42,454 bases of DNA from a virus (IMGVR_UViG_3300037515_000929:1-42454); one strand, 5' to 3'. Positions 1 to 8,744 are shown, counted from the stretch's first letter. Numbers and translations: made by a program. Notes: a model not told the origin generated them from the letters alone.

Positions 1-139
1 AAGGATGACCTCTTCACGCCTGGGAAGACGTACCAGGTCGACTTCACCGAGGTCTCTTGACGCCGCAGGCGCTGCTGATCGCGCTGCTGCTGGGCGCGCA
101 AGCCGCCGTCGGGGCGGCCACTACAGTTACACCCGAGAG
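1..139. repeat. Terminal direct repeat, left copy (circular assembly overlap)
   Basis: 1-139 equals 42316-42454 except T127 vs A42442; the ORF at 42148-42375 continues through 1-60. Confidence 0.95.
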
Positions 140-827
140 AGGGGGCTCGGAGGTAGTGCCCGCCGCGGAGGCACCCGCGACGACCTCCGGGCCCCCGCTC
201 GTAGAGCTCCACGGCGGCTTCTACCAGGTGTTCACCGCCCGGGGCTCGGAGGAGTACTCCTCGAGCCGCGCCTGGCACGCGCAGCTCACGCTGAGGACGC
301 CGGCCTGGCGCCGCTGGAGGATCTTCGGCGCGCTCGAGACCGCCCCCCAGGCCGGCGCCGCCCAGGAGGACCTGCAGGCGCTGGGCCCCTGGCTCGGCGG
401 CGAGGCTAACCTCGGCATCTCCTGGGAAGGCCTCCGTGCCGGCCCCTGGAGCCTCTCCCCGGCGATCGCCGGCGGCCTGACCGCGGCCCTGGGCGCCGAC
501 CGAGAGCGGATCGAGGTGGAGCCCCTGCAGGCGCTCGCCGGCGTGCGCCTCGGCGCGGGTGAGCCGGGCGACGACTGGCGCCTCAGGGCCTACGTGGGCT
601 ACGGGATCCGCGAGCAGATCGAGGAGCTCCCCCCCGAGGGCTGCGCCGACTGCGACCCGGCAACAGAGGCCGACCGTCGCTGGGCGTGGGTGGCCGACGT
701 CCTGGTGAGCGTGCCGGGGCTGCCCGCCGGCGCCGCCCTGCGAGTCAAGCTCGTCTCGACCCAGGCCCGGGTAGAGGCTCCAGGTGGGACGCAGTGGCTC
801 GTAGGGTTCGTGGCGGGGGTGCCCTGA
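57..827 (+). CDS. Exported protein, predicted outer-membrane beta-barrel
   Basis: TTG start overlaps upstream TGA; signal peptide ALLIALLLGAQAA; about ten amphipathic strands (WHAQLTLRTP, WRLRAYVGYG, WAWVADVLVSV, TQWLVGFVAG). Confidence 0.6.
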   Translation: MTPQALLIALLLGAQAAVGAATTVTPERGGSEVVPAAEAPATTSGPPLVELHGGFYQVFTARGSEEYSSSRAWHAQLTLRTPAWRRWRIFGALETAPQAGAAQEDLQALGPWLGGEANLGISWEGLRAGPWSLSPAIAGGLTAALGADRERIEVEPLQALAGVRLGAGEPGDDWRLRAYVGYGIREQIEELPPEGCADCDPATEADRRWAWVADVLVSVPGLPAGAALRVKLVSTQARVEAPGGTQWLVGFVAGVP

Positions 828-1195
828 TGGAAGCCCTACTGATCCTCGCAGCCTGCGGGCTCGCCCTGATCATCGTCGACTGGATCGCGGCGAGCCGGCG
901 AGCATCCGAGGACCCCTACTGGATCCGTGTCCGCGCGAGAGCCCGGGAGCTGGGCTCAGACGGGTGCACGATGGGCGGCGCTCTCTTCCGCGACTGCTGC
1001 CTCGAGCACGATATACACGAGCGCACCCACCGCACGCCCGACGGACAACCGATCACCGAAGACGCATCAGATCGGCGTTTCCTCCACTGCATGCAGCGGC
1101 GCTCCTTCGTCGGCTGGTGGACGCCGATCGGGTGGAGCCGGTACGCCGCCGTCCGCATCTGGCGGCGCTGGCGCGCGTGGCGGGCGGGGAGCTGA
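827..1195 (+). CDS. Membrane-anchored phospholipase A2-like protein
   Basis: TGATG coupling at 825-829; N-terminal TM helix; DGCT...CCLEHD...SDRRFLHCM...YAAVR pattern resembling prokaryotic/phage PLA2-fold proteins. Confidence 0.6.
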   Translation: MEALLILAACGLALIIVDWIAASRRASEDPYWIRVRARARELGSDGCTMGGALFRDCCLEHDIHERTHRTPDGQPITEDASDRRFLHCMQRRSFVGWWTPIGWSRYAAVRIWRRWRAWRAGS

Positions 1196-1199
1196 GGGT

Positions 1200-1670
1200 G
1201 TGGACGAGATCGGACAGGGGCTCAAAGCCATTGCAGCGCTCGACCCCCTTGGGATGGCGCTCGTCATCATCCTCGTCCTGGCGATCGGTGCCGTTTGCGC
1301 TCTTGCAATCGCTTGGAAGCGTGGCTACTTCCGCTCGCACACAGACCTCGCGCGGCGCTCCGCGGAACTCGCTCGGGACATCGCGACCGTGCAGCGTGAC
1401 GTGCATCAGCTCCAGTCGGACTGGCGCACCCTCGAGGGGAGGCTGGATGTGCTCGCGATAGATCAGGCGCGGTGGCAGCCGACGCTCGAAGAGGGGCGAC
1501 GTGTAGCGGATGAGATCCAGCGCACGCTACGACGCCTGACGTCCGAGGTGGCCCGGCTCGGCGGAGTCTCTGCGGCGCTGTTGACAATGGTCCAGCCGTC
1601 GACGCCGCCCGGCGGGAATCAGCCGTTGGGGGTACTGGAGGAGACCCCGGACCCGGAGCGCAGGAAGTGA
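1200..1670 (+). CDS. Single-TM coiled-coil protein (holin- or i-spanin-like)
   Basis: GTG start; hydrophobic LGMALVIILVLAIGAVCALAIAW followed by heptad-like helix; last membrane gene of the lysis cassette. Confidence 0.55.
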   Translation: MDEIGQGLKAIAALDPLGMALVIILVLAIGAVCALAIAWKRGYFRSHTDLARRSAELARDIATVQRDVHQLQSDWRTLEGRLDVLAIDQARWQPTLEEGRRVADEIQRTLRRLTSEVARLGGVSAALLTMVQPSTPPGGNQPLGVLEETPDPERRK

Positions 1671-1843
1671 TCGGGACGCACACCTACGCGGTGCTCGAGG
1701 TGAGCCCCGCGGCGTACGAGGAGATCCGCTCCCTGCTCGAGGCCGCGGGCTACGGCCACGTCCGCGTCACCGACGGCGGTCGGGTACTGCTCGACATGCA
1801 CGGCATCGCCCTGGCCCCGCGCCCGGTGGGCAACGAGGGGTGA
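1667..1843 (+). CDS. Small phage hypothetical protein (58 aa, absent from ORF track)
   Basis: GTGA overlap; MIGTHTYAVLEVSPAAYEEIRSLLEAAGYGHVRVTDGGRVLLDMHGIALAPRPVGNEG; strong GC3 bias. Confidence 0.75.
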   Translation: MIGTHTYAVLEVSPAAYEEIRSLLEAAGYGHVRVTDGGRVLLDMHGIALAPRPVGNEG

Positions 1844-2191
1844 GCCCTGCAGCTCCTGCGACCGTGCGCTCACCCGGGTTGCCCCGAGGTGGTGCCGCGT
1901 GGTCGGTGCCCGGAGCACGCGCGGCAGCGGCGCACCAGGTACGAGGCCGGGAGGCCGAGCGCAGCCAAGCGGCAGTACGGCCGCCGCTGGCAGAAGCTCC
2001 GGGCGGTCGTCCTCCGGGAGCGCCCCCTGTGCGAGGCATGCCAGAGGCTGGGCCGCATCACCGCCTCGCGCGAAGTCGACCACAAGGTGCCTCGGCGTCG
2101 CGGGGGTACGGATGCGCGCGGCAACCTCCAGGCGCTGTGCACTCCGTGCCACTCTCGCAAGACCGCCACCGAGGACGGCCGGTGGGGGTAG
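1840..2191 (+). CDS. Terminase-associated HNH endonuclease (HK97 gp74-like); 5' end out of frame
   Basis: RPCAHPGC...CPEH, CEAC, EVDHKVP, NLQALCTPCHSRKT; directly upstream of terS. The coupled GTG at 1840 is one base out of frame with the body. Confidence 0.85.
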
Positions 2192-2356
2192 CGTCGGTCG
2201 CCACCACCCAGGGGGGCGTCGCGGTCGGTCGCCACCACCCAGGGGGGGGTCGTTTCCCGCCGCTCTCGTCCTGTAGACCGGCGGGCAAAGTCCGCGCGCG
2301 CGTGCATGGGTTTTTTATGGGGGGGCCCCCCGGGGGTTTTTCCCTGCGATCTCTCG
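2192..2356. other. Probable cos / packaging-initiation region
   Basis: Non-coding gap between HNH and terS with G runs, CGCGCGCGCG, T runs and a GGGGGGCCCCCC dyad; this is where cos lies in HK97-type phages. Confidence 0.5.
2193..2247 (+). repeat. 24-bp direct repeat GTCGGTCGCCACCACCCAGGGGGG x2
   Basis: Copies at 2193-2216 and 2224-2247. Confidence 0.9.
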
Positions 2357-2860
2357 ATGGGTCGTAGTGGCCCCCCGCGCAAGTCGGAGCAGCGCCGTGC
2401 GATCCAGACCGACAGGAAGCGGAGGCGGCGGAAAGGCGCGGAGTCCCCGCAGCCAAAGGGCGCGGCGTGGCTCAAGTGCCCGCGCGAGTTCAGGGGAGGC
2501 GCGCGCGAGGCATGGAACAGGCTCGCCGCCGAGCTCGCCCACCAGGGCCTACTCGGGATACTCGACCTCTCGCAGTTCCGAGCGTACTGCGCGGCGATCG
2601 GGCGCTACGAGGAATACGAGAAGCTGTGCGCGAAGCACGGCGCCGAGGCCGCCATCAAGCTCGGGTATCGCCGGGCCGCGGACAGCGCGCTGCAGGCGAT
2701 GCTGAAGCTCTCCGCCAGGTTCGGCCTGGACCCCGCGAGCCGCGAGAACGTCACGGCAAACCCGCCCAAGTCCGACAAGGACCAGACGGCCGACCCACGG
2801 CGCGCGCGGTTCTTCGGGATGCGCTCGGGCCTGAAGGGGATCGACGGTGGCAAGAAGTAG
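2357..2860 (+). CDS. terS: Terminase small subunit, P27-like
   Basis: MGRSGPPRK start, AREAWNRLA, YCAA, FGLDPASR motif; upstream of terL. Confidence 0.9.
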   Translation: MGRSGPPRKSEQRRAIQTDRKRRRRKGAESPQPKGAAWLKCPREFRGGAREAWNRLAAELAHQGLLGILDLSQFRAYCAAIGRYEEYEKLCAKHGAEAAIKLGYRRAADSALQAMLKLSARFGLDPASRENVTANPPKSDKDQTADPRRARFFGMRSGLKGIDGGKK

Positions 2861-4586
2861 GCCCTCGGGCGAGACCCTCGAGGCGATCCGCGCCTCGAAG
2901 CGCGCCATGAAGCGGTGGCCCGGTGTCTCGATCGCCCTCGACGACTGCGGCGGCCGCTACTACTTCGACAAGGAGGAGGCGGACCGCGCGAGCGAGTTCT
3001 TCCCTGAGTACTTGATCCACGTGAAACAGGCCGAGTTCTACGGCAAGCCCTTCGAGCTGCTGCCCTATCAGAGCGAGCTCGTCATCCGGCCGCTGTTCGG
3101 GTGGCGCCGCGTCGACGACGGCCGCCGTCGCTTCCGGAAGATCTACGTCGAGGTCCCCAAGAAGAACGGGAAGAGCCCGCTGGGCGCGGGCATCGGCCTC
3201 TACGGGCTCTTCTGTGATCGGGAGCCGGGTGCCGAGATCTACAGCGCTGCGGCCGATCGCGAGCAGGCCGGAGTCGTGTTCGACGTGGCGCGGAAGATGG
3301 TGGAGTCCTCCCCCGACCTCCAGGCGATGAGTCAGGTGTACAAGCGCTCGATCTCCGTCCCGGCGACCAACTCGTTCTACAAGGTGTTGAGCGCCGACGT
3401 CCGGACGAAGCACGGCCCGAACATCCACATCCTGGTCTTCGACGAGCTCCACGCCCAGCGGGACAGGATGCTCCACGACACGCTCGCCCGCGGCATCGCG
3501 GCCAGGCGGCAGCCGATCATCGCCTACTTCACCACCGCCGGCGACGACGAGGAGTCGATCTGCCGGGAGCAGCACGACTACGCAATCGGAGTGATCGTGG
3601 GTCGGATCGAGGATGAGTCCTTCCTGCCCGTGATCTTCGCGGCGAAGCCGGAGGACGACTGGCGTGACCCGCAGGTCTGGGAGCGCTCGAACCCCGGCCT
3701 CGGGGTGACGATCAAGCGAGAGTACCTCGAGGCCGAGGCCCGGGAAGCGATCCAGGAGCCGCGCAAGCAGAACAGCTTCAAGCGCCTGCACCTGAACATC
3801 TGGACCCAGCAGGCTGAGGCGTGGCTCGACCTGGTGGAGTGGGACCGCTGCCAGGGGGAGCTCCTCGAGGACGGTTGGATCGCGGCCGCCGCGGGGATCG
3901 ACCTGAGCTCGAAGATCGACCTGACCAGCCTCGTCGTCCTGCTGATGTACAGGGACCGGGGCCGGAAGGCGGATCAGGTCGTGCTCACCGGGACCGACGT
4001 GGACACCGGGGAGCGGATCGAGCGCCGGATGGCGATCGACTTCTCCGTCGAGGTCTTCCCCTACTTCTGGATGCCCGAGGAGACGCTGCACCAGCGCGTG
4101 CGAGACGACGCGGTCCCCTATGACGTCTGGCACCGGGAGGGACTCCTGCGAATGACCGACGGCCCGGTGGTCGACTACGACCAGATCCTCGAGGAGATCG
4201 TCGACGAGATCGCCCCGCGCTTCCGGCTCCGCGACTGGCCGATCGGCTTTGATCCCCACAACGCCACGCAGTTCATGCTGCAGCTGGGCAAGAAGGGCTT
4301 CACGGTGGTCGAGGTGCCGCAGACAGTGAAGGAGCTGTCGGAGCCGGCGAAGCTCTTCGAGGCCCTGATCCGTAGTCGACGGATCCGCCACGACGGCCAC
4401 CGTGTCCTGCGGTGGAACGTCGAGAACGTGGCGGCGAAGGAAGACAAGAAGGAGAACATCTTCCCGTTCAAGCCCAGCAAGAAGAAGCGGATCGACGGAG
4501 TCTCGGCGTCCGTGACGGCTCTGAACCGGCTGATCCACGCACCGCCGCCTCGGCAGCGACCGACGGTCATGATGGTGACCGCATGA
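2847..4586 (+). CDS. terL: Terminase large subunit
   Basis: Walker A VPKKNGKS, Walker B VFDELH, TTAG, nuclease GIDLSSKIDLT, FDPHNA, KRIDG. Confidence 0.97.
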   Translation: MARSRPSGETLEAIRASKRAMKRWPGVSIALDDCGGRYYFDKEEADRASEFFPEYLIHVKQAEFYGKPFELLPYQSELVIRPLFGWRRVDDGRRRFRKIYVEVPKKNGKSPLGAGIGLYGLFCDREPGAEIYSAAADREQAGVVFDVARKMVESSPDLQAMSQVYKRSISVPATNSFYKVLSADVRTKHGPNIHILVFDELHAQRDRMLHDTLARGIAARRQPIIAYFTTAGDDEESICREQHDYAIGVIVGRIEDESFLPVIFAAKPEDDWRDPQVWERSNPGLGVTIKREYLEAEAREAIQEPRKQNSFKRLHLNIWTQQAEAWLDLVEWDRCQGELLEDGWIAAAAGIDLSSKIDLTSLVVLLMYRDRGRKADQVVLTGTDVDTGERIERRMAIDFSVEVFPYFWMPEETLHQRVRDDAVPYDVWHREGLLRMTDGPVVDYDQILEEIVDEIAPRFRLRDWPIGFDPHNATQFMLQLGKKGFTVVEVPQTVKELSEPAKLFEALIRSRRIRHDGHRVLRWNVENVAAKEDKKENIFPFKPSKKKRIDGVSASVTALNRLIHAPPPRQRPTVMMVTA

Positions 4587-4780
4587 GGAAGCTCCTCGCG
4601 GCGCCGCGCGCGCTCGCAGCCTCGCTCCGAACCGACCGGCCTTACTGGCTGCTCCTCGCCGGCGGCGCCGCGTGTACACGCGGAATCGCCATGATGCACG
4701 AGCCCGCCGCCTGGATCGTCGCCGGCGCCGGGCTCGTGGCCATGGGCCTCCTGATGGCGACGACGAGGCGGGGGCGCTGA
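4583..4780 (+). CDS. Small two-TM membrane protein between terL and portal
   Basis: ATGA overlap; YWLLLAGGAA and PAAWIVAGAGLVAMGLLM; usual position in HK97-like phages. Confidence 0.7.
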   Translation: MRKLLAAPRALAASLRTDRPYWLLLAGGAACTRGIAMMHEPAAWIVAGAGLVAMGLLMATTRRGR

Positions 4781-6543
4781 TGGGCTTCCTGGCTGCCGTG
4801 TTCGACAACGTGCTCGAGCGACGGAACCTCGCGGGCGTGCCGCTCGGGAGCCCCGAGTCCTCGGGCATCTTCGGCGTCCGCGCCACCCGCTCCGGAATCG
4901 AGGTCACCGGGGAAGCGGCGCTCACCTTCGCCGCCTTCTGGGACGCCGTCTCGCAGATCTCCGGCACGTCGGCCTCGCTGCCCCTCCAGCTCTTCCGCCG
5001 CCTGCGTCCGCGCGGCAGTGAGCGGGTACCTGGGGATCCTCGCTACGACATCGTCCACGCCGAGCCCAACCCCGAGACCACGGCGGTTTCGGCCCGCCAG
5101 ACGATCATGAAAGACGCCCTGGTGTACGGGAACGGCTTCGCCGAGCTGACCCGGAACAACCGCACCGGAAAGGTCAAGGCGCTCTGGCAGCTCCCGGCAG
5201 CCGAGGTCCGTGTCGAGCGAGACACCAGGACGGAGCGGCTCATGTACCGGCTCCCGGGGACCAACGTCCGAGCGCCTGCGCGGGAGATGGTCCACGTCGC
5301 GGGGATGAGCTACGACGGCGTCGTCGGCTACTCCGTGGTCGGCGCCGCCCGGGAGTCGATCGGGCGAGGTCTCGCATCGGACGCCTTCGCCGCCAGCTTC
5401 TACGGCAACGGCGCCTGGCCTGGGATCACCATCGTGCACCCCGGCGACCTCGGCCCCGAAGGGCGGAAGGATCTCACCCTGGCGATCCAGGAAGCGCACG
5501 GCGGCTCGGAGAAGGCCTTCCGCGCCCTGGTGCTCGACCAGGCCATGACGGTGAGCGCCCTCGGGATGCCCCTGAAGGACGCCGAGTTCCTCGCCGGGCA
5601 GCGCTTCAGCGTCGAAGAGATGGCGCGCTGGTTCAACCTCAAGCCCCACCGGCTGAAGGTCCAGGACTCGGCTCGCGTGAGCAACCACGAGGCCGACAAC
5701 ATCGAGTTCTACTCGGAGTGCTTGCGGCTCTGGCTCGTGCGATTCGAGCAGGAGCTGAATCGCAAGCTCCTCACTCGCGAAGAGCGCCAGCTACTCTACT
5801 TCGAGCACAACGCCGCCGGCCTCCTCCGTGGGGACGCCAAGACCAGGCACGAGACTTACAGCCGAGGCCGCCAGTGGGGCTACATGAGCGCCAACGACGT
5901 CCTGGAGCTGGAGGGACGGAACCCGCTCCCCGGCGGCCAGGGGGACCTGTACCTGGTCCCCGAGAACATGACCTCGGCGGAGTCGATGTACCACCGCCTG
6001 ACGCAGGAGCGGGAGCGGGTGGCGGCCGGGGAGCCGCTCGACCCGCCCCCGCCGCCGAACCCTGCCGGGGTCTCCGGTGACCCCGACAGCCGGCCTGGGC
6101 CCGCCGTCGATCCGGTCCGGGCCCGGCGCATCCGCGCAGCTCACCGCCGCGTCGCACTCGAGGCTGCGGAGCGGGCTGTGCGCCATACGACGAACGCGGT
6201 GCGCCGCGCCGCCGGCCGCGGCGTCGCCGGGTTCCGCGCGTGGATCGCCGACGGAGGCCTCCAGCGGGAGCAGGACCTGGTCGCGAGGATGCTCTTGCCC
6301 GCGATCACCGCCTGCCTCAGTCTCGACGTCGACGACGAGCCCGGCCGCGCCGCGGCCCGGGCCCTCGAGGTGGCGGATGCCTACGGCACCCGGATCCGGG
6401 CGGAGCTGGCCGCCCCGGACAACGCCGTGGCAGCCGGCGAGGACCTCGCGGTACGCGTCGAGATCGTCGTGTCGCGCTGGGAGAAGGAATGGCCGAGTCT
6501 GGTGCTCGAGCAGGTACAGGGAGGACCCCATGAAGAAGCCTGA
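4780..6543 (+). CDS. Portal protein, HK97 family, with C-terminal extension
   Basis: LVYGNGFA, YDGVVGYS, FYGNGAWP, DAEFL, EQELNRKL, LLRGD, MSANDV, GGQGD; Pro-rich linker then an extra helical region. Confidence 0.95.
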   Translation: MGFLAAVFDNVLERRNLAGVPLGSPESSGIFGVRATRSGIEVTGEAALTFAAFWDAVSQISGTSASLPLQLFRRLRPRGSERVPGDPRYDIVHAEPNPETTAVSARQTIMKDALVYGNGFAELTRNNRTGKVKALWQLPAAEVRVERDTRTERLMYRLPGTNVRAPAREMVHVAGMSYDGVVGYSVVGAARESIGRGLASDAFAASFYGNGAWPGITIVHPGDLGPEGRKDLTLAIQEAHGGSEKAFRALVLDQAMTVSALGMPLKDAEFLAGQRFSVEEMARWFNLKPHRLKVQDSARVSNHEADNIEFYSECLRLWLVRFEQELNRKLLTREERQLLYFEHNAAGLLRGDAKTRHETYSRGRQWGYMSANDVLELEGRNPLPGGQGDLYLVPENMTSAESMYHRLTQERERVAAGEPLDPPPPPNPAGVSGDPDSRPGPAVDPVRARRIRAAHRRVALEAAERAVRHTTNAVRRAAGRGVAGFRAWIADGGLQREQDLVARMLLPAITACLSLDVDDEPGRAAARALEVADAYGTRIRAELAAPDNAVAAGEDLAVRVEIVVSRWEKEWPSLVLEQVQGGPHEEA

Positions 6544-7132
6544 GGGTGTGGAGACGCGAGGCTTCCGGCTCACGCCCGAGGTTCGGGCGGGGGAGGGCGA
6601 TCGGCCGGCTCGCATCGTCGGCTATGCCATGGTCTGGGACTCCTGGTCGGAGGGGCTCCCGTGGAGAGAGCGCTTCCGCCCGGGCGCCTTCGACGAGTTC
6701 CTGAAGACCGGCGGCGACGTCCGGGCATACGTGGAGCACGACGACCGTCAACTGCCGCTCGGCCGGACCAAGTACAAGACGATGGCCCTCCGGTCCGACA
6801 GCCGCGGCCTCGAGGTGGACATCGTGCCCCCGGACTCCGGAGTCGGGCGCGACGCGGTCGAGGCTGTGCGCCGGGGCGACCTGGACGGCATGTCCGTCGT
6901 CTTCACCGTCCCGCTCGGCGGCGACGCCTGGCGGATCGACGACGAGGGCGAGATGGTGCGCGACGTCCTGCAGGCGTCCCTCCGCGAGGTGTCGCTCACG
7001 GCCGACCCGATCTTCCCCCAGACCGAAGCCGCGGTGCGATCGCGCGAGGCATTCCTGGCGACCGTCGGCGCCGAGGCCGACGAGCTGCGCCGCCGGCGGC
7101 TGGAGCTGCTGGAGCTCGATCTGGAGATTTAG
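6530..7132 (+). CDS. Prohead maturation protease, HK97 family
   Basis: IVGYA, ERFRPGAF, EHD, LGRT, RGDLDGMS, LREVSLTADP. Confidence 0.95.
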   Translation: MKKPEGVETRGFRLTPEVRAGEGDRPARIVGYAMVWDSWSEGLPWRERFRPGAFDEFLKTGGDVRAYVEHDDRQLPLGRTKYKTMALRSDSRGLEVDIVPPDSGVGRDAVEAVRRGDLDGMSVVFTVPLGGDAWRIDDEGEMVRDVLQASLREVSLTADPIFPQTEAAVRSREAFLATVGAEADELRRRRLELLELDLEI

Positions 7133-7143
7133 CGGGGAACCCC

Positions 7144-7173
7144 TTGACAGATCCGCGATCTCCGCCGTACCCT
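7144..7173 (+). promoter_or_regulatory. Sigma70-type promoter for capsid operon
   Basis: TTGACA (7144-7149) N18 TACCCT (7168-7173); same -10 as the lysis promoter. Confidence 0.6.
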
Positions 7174-7179
7174 GTGGAG

Positions 7180-7385
7180 CAGTAGATCGCCGCAGCGGGA
7201 ACCGGGCTGGAGCGCCATCGCATCAGCCCCCCGCTGACGGGTGTGATCGCCGCACGCCGACGCGGGCGCCGGCACACCTCGCGAGACATACCAGCGCTGG
7301 AGCGGGTTGCTCCAGCAGGGATGTTTCCGCTGGGTGTGAGGCGCCCGTTGGTCTTTCGGGGACCTTGGCCCAGCAGGAGGGGTGC
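7180..7385 (+). ncRNA. Putative structured 5' leader of the major capsid gene
   Basis: Hairpin 7193-7236 and nested stem 7263-7347 (CGGGCGCC/GGCGCCCG, CACACC/GGTGTG, GCTGGAGC/GCTCCAGC). Confidence 0.5.
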
Positions 7386-8744
7386 ATGGACCCGAAGGAA
7401 CTCAGGCGCCAGGCCGGCCAACTCGTCACCGAGGCGCGCGCTCTCGCGAAGGCAGCGGCCGACGCGAAGCGCGCCATGTCCAAGGAGGAGACGGAGAAGT
7501 TCGACCGTCTCCACGACGAGGCCGAGGGCAAGCTCACCGAGGCCCGGCGCCTCGAGCGCAGCGAGCTGCTCGCGCACGACATCGAGGACGAGCCGGAGCC
7601 GCCGGAAGCGCGAGGCGGGGGAGACCCCGAGGATCCCGCCGACGATCCGGCCGAGGGCCGCCGGAGCCGCCCCCCCCAGCCGGGCACGCCGCCGGAGCAG
7701 CGTCGCCGGGGTGAGCCCACCGGCGCCGTCATGATCGGCGGTGTCGACTACCGGTCCCACGCCCGCGCCGCGGAGGGGTACGGCGCGGCCTTCCGCCACC
7801 GCCTCGCGGGCCGGCAGATGGACGCCAACCTCCTCTCCGGGTACCCGGAGGAGGTCCGGGCGACGATCCAGAGCGACCTGTTCACCGGAGCCGGTGCTCT
7901 CTCGCCGCCGATGCAGTTCGTCCGCGACCTGATCAAGTTCGTCGACGACGCCGTGTTCATCCGCGGCCTGGCGACCCGGCACACCGTCACCGAGGCACAG
8001 AGCCTCGGCGTGCCCACGTTCGACGCCGATCCGACCGATCCGGAGTGGACCTCGGAGCTCGAGACGGGCGACGAGGGGGAGATCACGGTCGGTCGCCGGG
8101 AGCTCTACCCGCACCCGCTCGCGAAGCGGGTCAAGGTGTCCCGGAAGACGCGGCGGATGGTCTCCATGATCGACCGCGTCGTCCGCGAGCGCCTCGGATA
8201 CAAGTTCGAGGTCGCGCTCGAGAAGGCCTACCTGACGGGCTCGGGCGCCCAGCAGCCGCTCGGGGTCTTCGAGCCCTCGGACGACGGCATCCCGACCAGC
8301 CGGGACGTGGAGTGCGGCACGTCGAGCGACATCACGGTCGACAAGATGATCGACGTGAAGCACACGCTCAAGCCGCAGTACTGGATGAGGCCCGGGACGC
8401 GCTGGGTCTTCTCCCGCGAGCTGCTGAAGCGCGCCCGCAAGCTGAAGGACGGCGACGGCCGCTACCTGTGGGCGGCGACCCTCGAGGGAGGGATGCCGAA
8501 CACCTTCCTCGACGTCCCCTACGTGGTCTCGGAGTTCGCTCCGTCCACGTTCACGGGCGACGCCTACGTCGCGGTCATCGGGGACTTCGGCTTCTACTGG
8601 ATCGCCGACGCCCTCGGTCTCGAGATCGACGTCGTCGACCAGCTCTACGCGGAGACCAACCAGGTCGGGTTCATCGGCCGCTTCGAGAGCGACGGGCAGC
8701 CCGTGCTGGCGGAGGCCTTCGTCCGGGCGCAGCTGGCCTCGTAG
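7386..8744 (+). CDS. Major capsid protein, HK97 fold
   Basis: RBS GGAGGGG; N-terminal coiled-coil delta domain; AYLTGSGAQQPLGV, LKDGDGRYLW, GDF, YAETNQVGF. Confidence 0.97.
   Translation: MDPKELRRQAGQLVTEARALAKAAADAKRAMSKEETEKFDRLHDEAEGKLTEARRLERSELLAHDIEDEPEPPEARGGGDPEDPADDPAEGRRSRPPQPGTPPEQRRRGEPTGAVMIGGVDYRSHARAAEGYGAAFRHRLAGRQMDANLLSGYPEEVRATIQSDLFTGAGALSPPMQFVRDLIKFVDDAVFIRGLATRHTVTEAQSLGVPTFDADPTDPEWTSELETGDEGEITVGRRELYPHPLAKRVKVSRKTRRMVSMIDRVVRERLGYKFEVALEKAYLTGSGAQQPLGVFEPSDDGIPTSRDVECGTSSDITVDKMIDVKHTLKPQYWMRPGTRWVFSRELLKRARKLKDGDGRYLWAATLEGGMPNTFLDVPYVVSEFAPSTFTGDAYVAVIGDFGFYWIADALGLEIDVVDQLYAETNQVGFIGRFESDGQPVLAEAFVRAQLAS

Noticed and set aside
1841-1843. Genome-wide stop-codon reassignment
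   Set aside because: TGA and TAG end genes cleanly elsewhere, often in coupled overlaps; only this one locus is ambiguous.
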